A stretch of DNA of 51,679 bases, taken from Elusimicrobiota bacterium (lineage in GTDB: Bacteria; Elusimicrobiota; Elusimicrobia; Elusimicrobiales; UBA9959). The position numbers and the translations under genes were made by a program. The notes below the pieces were generated by a model. That model was not told the origin of the DNA. It made no database searches and saw only the letters and a list, made by a program, of their open reading frames with translations. Below are positions 48,285 to 51,679 of this stretch, in pieces. Numbering within the stretch: position 1 is the stretch's first letter; each line of letters opens with the position of its first letter. The DNA lies in assembly GCA_027340875.1 (NCBI GenBank), contig DAIENX010000084.1, positions 1 through 51,679 of the forward strand, read 5' to 3'.

Positions 48285-48662
48285 CTAGCGCAGGAGTTTC
48301 AGGAGCAGCAGGACGGCCCCTGCTATGAGGAATATCAAAATGGTGCGCCAGGAAGCGGATCCTTCCGGCTTGAGGTCGGCGTTCAGTGTGAGCTTTGCGG
48401 GGCGCGGGGCGACGTCTTCTCCGGCGGCGGCGGCTTTGGCCATGGCCTGGTCGTAAATTTGTCTTATATCAGGGGGCATGCTTTCTACGTTCTCGTAAGG
48501 GACGCCGTTTATGACGATCTTGCGATGGCCGGGAGTGCCGGAGTTGAGTAGTGCGTCGTGGATGGTCTGGCGCAGTTCCGGGGGCACTTCGTCCTCGGAG
48601 TTATACTCTTTGCCGTTTATCCTTATCCTGCGCTTGAAGTTAATGTTGAACTCTATGCCCAT
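48285..48662 (-). CDS. hypothetical protein with two internal repeats and a C-terminal TM anchor
   Basis: RIRINGKEYNSEDEVPPELRQ and KIVINGVPYENVESMPPDIRQ; GGAGGAG SD. Confidence 0.82.
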   Translation of the reverse strand: MGIEFNINFKRRIRINGKEYNSEDEVPPELRQTIHDALLNSGTPGHRKIVINGVPYENVESMPPDIRQIYDQAMAKAAAAGEDVAPRPAKLTLNADLKPEGSASWRTILIFLIAGAVLLLLKLLR

Positions 48663-48723
48663 GCTTTCTCCTCCCCCACCGAGACTATATCAAACCTCCC
48701 CCTGCTCCGCAAAGCCGGTGGTT

Positions 48724-48936
48724 GTCGGCTGGGCAGGGGTGTCAGGCACGGGGGCAAGAAAGTGTCGCTTCGCTCCACGCGCACTGGCCTATGGCCGTGC
48801 CGCATCAGGCGCTATGCGCATCAAGCGGCCACCGTGCAGGGGGCTCGTCACGCAGATCTGTCGCTTCGCTCCATCCAGTCGTCGCGCTTACGCAAGCTCC
48901 TCCCTCCGCGACGGCCTTCCGCCCCTGCCCCGCCGC
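48724..48936. repeat. intergenic long-stem element with 15-bp internal direct repeat
   Basis: GGGCAGGGG/CCCCTGCCC outer arms; TGTCGCTTCGCTCCA at 48763-48777 and 48859-48873. Confidence 0.7.
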
Positions 48937-48945
48937 CACCTACAA

Positions 48946-48973
48946 AAAACAAAACCGCCGGGCTCCCCCGGCG
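48946..48973 (-). terminator. intrinsic terminator (copy A of a repeated terminator)
   Basis: CGCCGGG/CCCGGCG stem followed by GTTTTGTTTT on minus strand. Confidence 0.75.
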
Positions 48974-48980
48974 TCGAGAT

Positions 48981-49389
48981 TCATGGCTTTTTTTCGTTCT
49001 TTGGCGGGGGCGGCAGGGCGCTGATCTTTTCCCGCAGGATGTCGAGCTTGTCGAGGTTGAGTTGGGTGGGTTCCAACTTGCAGGCCACGCTGAAGAGTTC
49101 CAGGGCCGCTCGGAGGTCGCCCCGCTTCTCCTTCAATTGCGACAGGCGCGCCCAGGCGGCCGCGTTGGCGGGGTCGTGCTCGGCGGTCTCGCGGGCCTGC
49201 CGCTCTTCCTCGTCGAGCATGGCCCGCCAGATCAGCTCTACCTCTCTTTCCCGCTTGAGGCGCCAGGCGTACAGGGCGCCCACTACTATGCTGATGATGG
49301 AGGCGAAGATGATCAGCGGGACCAATACGCCGGTGAAGGCGAAGACGGTCAGGCCGCCGAACAGGACGGCCAGTATGCCGCCCGACAGG
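48981..49389 (-). pseudogene. 3' fragment of IS-interrupted TM+TPR protein gene
   Basis: Open frame up to the IS boundary; DPANAAAWARLSQL TPR; in frame with 50615-50746 after IS removal. Confidence 0.85.
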
Positions 49390-49406
49390 TGACCCTACCC
49401 CGCCTT

Positions 49407-50285
49407 TTAGCCCGCGCTTAACTGCGGTTCCCCACTGCTAGTTTTTACCAAGATTTCCTGCTTCCTGGCAAATTCTTCCGGCGTCATCCAGTCCAAGCTT
49501 CCGTGCGGCCGGACCTTGTTGTAGTCATTCCTCCAGACCTCGATAACCGTCCGCGCTTCTATCAGTGTCAGGAACTGATTGTCGTTCAGGCATTCCTCAC
49601 GCAACCGGCCATTGAAACTTTCGATGAAAGCATTCTCGGTCGGTTTGCCAGGCCGGATGAAGTTTAGCGTCACACCGTTGCTGTACGCCCAGGCATCCAT
49701 TTCGCTGCCGGCGAACTGCGAGCCGTTATCCGACCTGATCCCGGCCACCTTGCCACGGAATTCAATCGTCCTGCCGAGCACTTCTGTTACCCGCTTTGCT
49801 GACATGCCGTAATCCACTTCTATCGCCAGGCATTCCCTGCTGAATTCGTCCACCAACGTCAGACACTTAAACGCCCTGCCGTTGGCGAGCCGGTCGTGAA
49901 CTATATCTATCGTCCACATCTGGTTCGGCGCGGTCGGTTCCGGGATGGGCACCCGGGCTGCCGCGGCACGCTTCTTCCGACGTTTAACCCGCAGGCCGAG
50001 GCCTTCTTCGCGGTAGAGGCGTTCCACGCGCTTGTGATTGACCGTCCAACCTTCGCGCTTGAGCATCTGATACAGGCGCGGGGCACCGAAGCGCCTGCGC
50101 TGTTCGGCTAGTTCCCGAATACGCTTGCGCAGCGCGACGTTCGTCTTGCTTTCAGGGCGGCGCTGATAGCGCCAGGTCGCCCTGTTAAGGCTGACCAGGC
50201 GGCAGGCCTGCCGCTGGCTAAGGCCCAAAACCGCTGAAGCGAACTGAACTACTTTGCGCTTGGCTTTGGGCCTTACCAGTTTTTT
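49407..50285 (-). CDS. IS3 transposase OrfB (DDE), expressed by -1 frameshift
   Basis: NHKRVERLYREEGL, WTID, RSDNGSQF, PGKPTENAFIESFNGRLREECLN; slippery AAAAAAC at 50285-50279. Confidence 0.93.
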   Translation of the reverse strand, partial: KKLVRPKAKRKVVQFASAVLGLSQRQACRLVSLNRATWRYQRRPESKTNVALRKRIRELAEQRRRFGAPRLYQMLKREGWTVNHKRVERLYREEGLGLRVKRRKKRAAAARVPIPEPTAPNQMWTIDIVHDRLANGRAFKCLTLVDEFSRECLAIEVDYGMSAKRVTEVLGRTIEFRGKVAGIRSDNGSQFAGSEMDAWAYSNGVTLNFIRPGKPTENAFIESFNGRLREECLNDNQFLTLIEARTVIEVWRNDYNKVRPHGSLDWMTPEEFARKQEILVKTSSGEPQLSAG

Positions 50286-50539
50286 GAGAGGATTTCCTTG
50301 GCCGCGCGCAGTTCCAGTGCCTGTTCGGCCACCATCTGCTTGAGCTTGCGGTTTTCTTCTTCCAAAGAGCGGAGCCGCTTGATGTCGGGCACGGTCATGC
50401 CAGAGAATTTTGTGCGCCAGGCATAAAACGTGTTTTCGCTGACGCCGTATTTGCGGCAAAGATCAGGCGCTTTGGTGCCTGTGGCGTGTTCCTTGAGGAT
50501 GTTTACGATCTGTTCTTCCGTGTAGCGTTTCCGGGGCAT
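50273..50539 (-). CDS. IS3 transposase OrfA (HTH + leucine zipper)
   Basis: RYTEEQIVNILKE, LCRKYGVSENTFYAWR, LEEENRKLKQMVAE; GGAGG SD. Confidence 0.93.
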   Translation of the reverse strand: MPRKRYTEEQIVNILKEHATGTKAPDLCRKYGVSENTFYAWRTKFSGMTVPDIKRLRSLEEENRKLKQMVAEQALELRAAKEILSKNW

Positions 50540-50614
50540 TTGTACGACCTCCATGAGTATTTTAGCATCCGGAAACCGCAATTGGTCGTGGGCTAGATTA
50601 GCGGGAGAGGGTCA

Positions 50615-50746
50615 CAGGGACAGGGCGTTGTTGGCTATGTGCGGCAGTTGGTTCTTCTTGTTGGCCTTGAAGAACTGGTCCACCGCCATCAGGACTGCTA
50701 TGGTTACGGCGGCCACCGCAGCGATATATATCAGCACCTGCTTCAT
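50615..50746 (-). pseudogene. 5' fragment of IS-interrupted TM+TPR protein gene
   Basis: MKQVLIYIAAVAAV...NNALSL ends at the IS terminal TGA. Confidence 0.8.
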
Positions 50747-50864
50747 CGGTAGGACAAGGATAGCATAATGACGGTAGTGACTGTCCGTGGTGTTGGACCG
50801 CGCACTCTGGAAGATGGAAACCCTCCGCAAAGGGCTCGCTCCCCAACGCCCCCTCCGCCCCTCC

Positions 50865-50895
50865 AAAACAAAACCGCCGGGTCTCCCCCGGCGGT
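50865..50895 (-). terminator. intrinsic terminator (copy B, near-identical to 48946-48973)
   Basis: ACCGCCGGG/CCCGGCGGT stem plus TTTTGTTTT. Confidence 0.75.
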
Positions 50896-50943
50896 AAAAA
50901 TAGTCATTAAGTAATCAGCGTCCCCTTACCCCCCGCTTTTTGC

Positions 50944-51414
50944 CTACCACGTTATCCCCAAATACATGGATAGTTTTGCAATTGTAATAGAAACTCCGAA
51001 GATAATAAAAAAACCAATTAGGGACTCTTTCCAAGAGGTTTCGTTAGTGGAAAAAGTATTTTTTAGTCGCTTAAACATCCAAATTGAAGCAACAATAGTA
51101 CTTATAGCCAGAAGGCAAACTATATAATCTCCATGTGCGATGGAGAGCAGTGCTGTTATGGTAATACATATGGTGATACTTGCAAGAATCAGGATTATCA
51201 GTATAGGATATAGAATTCTGTAACTAGTATAAAAAGTGCTAGCCAAAAGGATGCCTGAAATTAAAGCCACAATCCAATTCTTATGGATTAGTGCAGACAC
51301 AAACGTTAGTCCCGCAACAATCTGGAATGCAAGAGTCAGTCCATGCCCCGTGCCAGCAGCATTGCCATCACGGAAACCGCGCTTGTAGTCTTCATTTTCA
51401 AGATTTGGGTCCAT
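50944..51414 (-). CDS. AT-rich multi-TM hypothetical membrane protein
   Basis: Start likely MDPNLENEDYKRGFRDG; about 5 hydrophobic segments; composition much more AT-rich than the flanks. Confidence 0.7.
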   Translation of the reverse strand: MDPNLENEDYKRGFRDGNAAGTGHGLTLAFQIVAGLTFVSALIHKNWIVALISGILLASTFYTSYRILYPILIILILASITICITITALLSIAHGDYIVCLLAISTIVASIWMFKRLKNTFSTNETSWKESLIGFFIIFGVSITIAKLSMYLGITW

Positions 51415-51588
51415 GTATAGAACTGTGTCTGTTGTGGAATACAAAAAAATATACACAAAAATTGGGAAGTGTCTGTTTGATTGAGGGCCGGAGCGGGGAT
51501 TGGGGTGGAAGGTCGTCACGGACTGAAGGCGCTTGCATCGGCCATGTCAATTTTCTGGGTGTAAATTCGGAAGCATGGGCAGCCTAGT

Positions 51589-51678
51589 TTAAACCGCCGC
51601 CACCTCCTTTTCCCGAGGCTTGTAGGCCTTCCATAGGCGCTTCGCCCAGCGCGCTTCCTGCGCCTGCGAAATCGACCA
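51589..51678 (-). CDS. possible 3' end of a gene entering from the right edge (...WSISQAQEARWAKRLWKAYKPREKEVAAV)
   Basis: Short open frame ending TAA at 51589; frame choice uncertain. Confidence 0.3.
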   Translation of the reverse strand, partial: WSISQAQEARWAKRLWKAYKPREKEVAAV

Positions 51679-51679
51679 C

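Larger units (their letters stand above)
49390..50614 (-). mobile_element. IS3-family insertion sequence (IS407-like group), 1225 bp
   Basis: TG...CA ends; imperfect IRs TGACCCTaccCCGC..TAGCCC and TGACCCTctcCCGC..TAGCCC; CAGG duplicated at 49386-49389 and 50615-50618. Confidence 0.95.

Noticed and set aside
48700..50900. Integron attC array or CRISPR array
   Set aside because: No attC core sites or integrase recognised; only two irregular repeat copies, separated by whole genes

Overview
GC-rich bacterial chromosome segment (gene content reminds me of Elusimicrobiota, which is an inference only). It is mostly housekeeping: folP plus a FolK-FolC fusion, tRNA-Arg(TCT), tRNA-Ser(GCT), FGGY/glycerol kinase, trxB, PTPS/QueD, Maf, CutA, AsmA, PfkB kinase, ADP-forming acyl-CoA ligase, Fe-ADH, GT4, MgtE, Sua5, an ExbB/ExbD/TonB(TolQRA)-like operon, mtnA, YggU, YggS and an MFS transporter. 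It also carries a complete Wsp/ACF-type chemosensory cluster (cheW-cheR-cheW-mcp-cheA-cheB-hybrid kinase). The right end is an accessory zone where an IS3-family element (49390-50614, 4-bp CAGG target duplication) splits a TM+TPR gene. The best leads are: (i) three intergenic long-hairpin elements carrying C(GNA)G mini-hairpins and TCGCTC motifs; (ii) a conserved spacer repeated between unrelated small genes at the right end; (iii) a tandem pair of unrecognised paralogous membrane proteins inside the Ton/Tol operon; (iv) an orphan gene under a double TTGTAT-N6-ATACAA operator; (v) frequent leaderless-type gene starts; (vi) a CExLHGH PTPS that may bypass FolB. I found no CRISPR array and no rRNA. 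All calls were made by eye and no searches were run.
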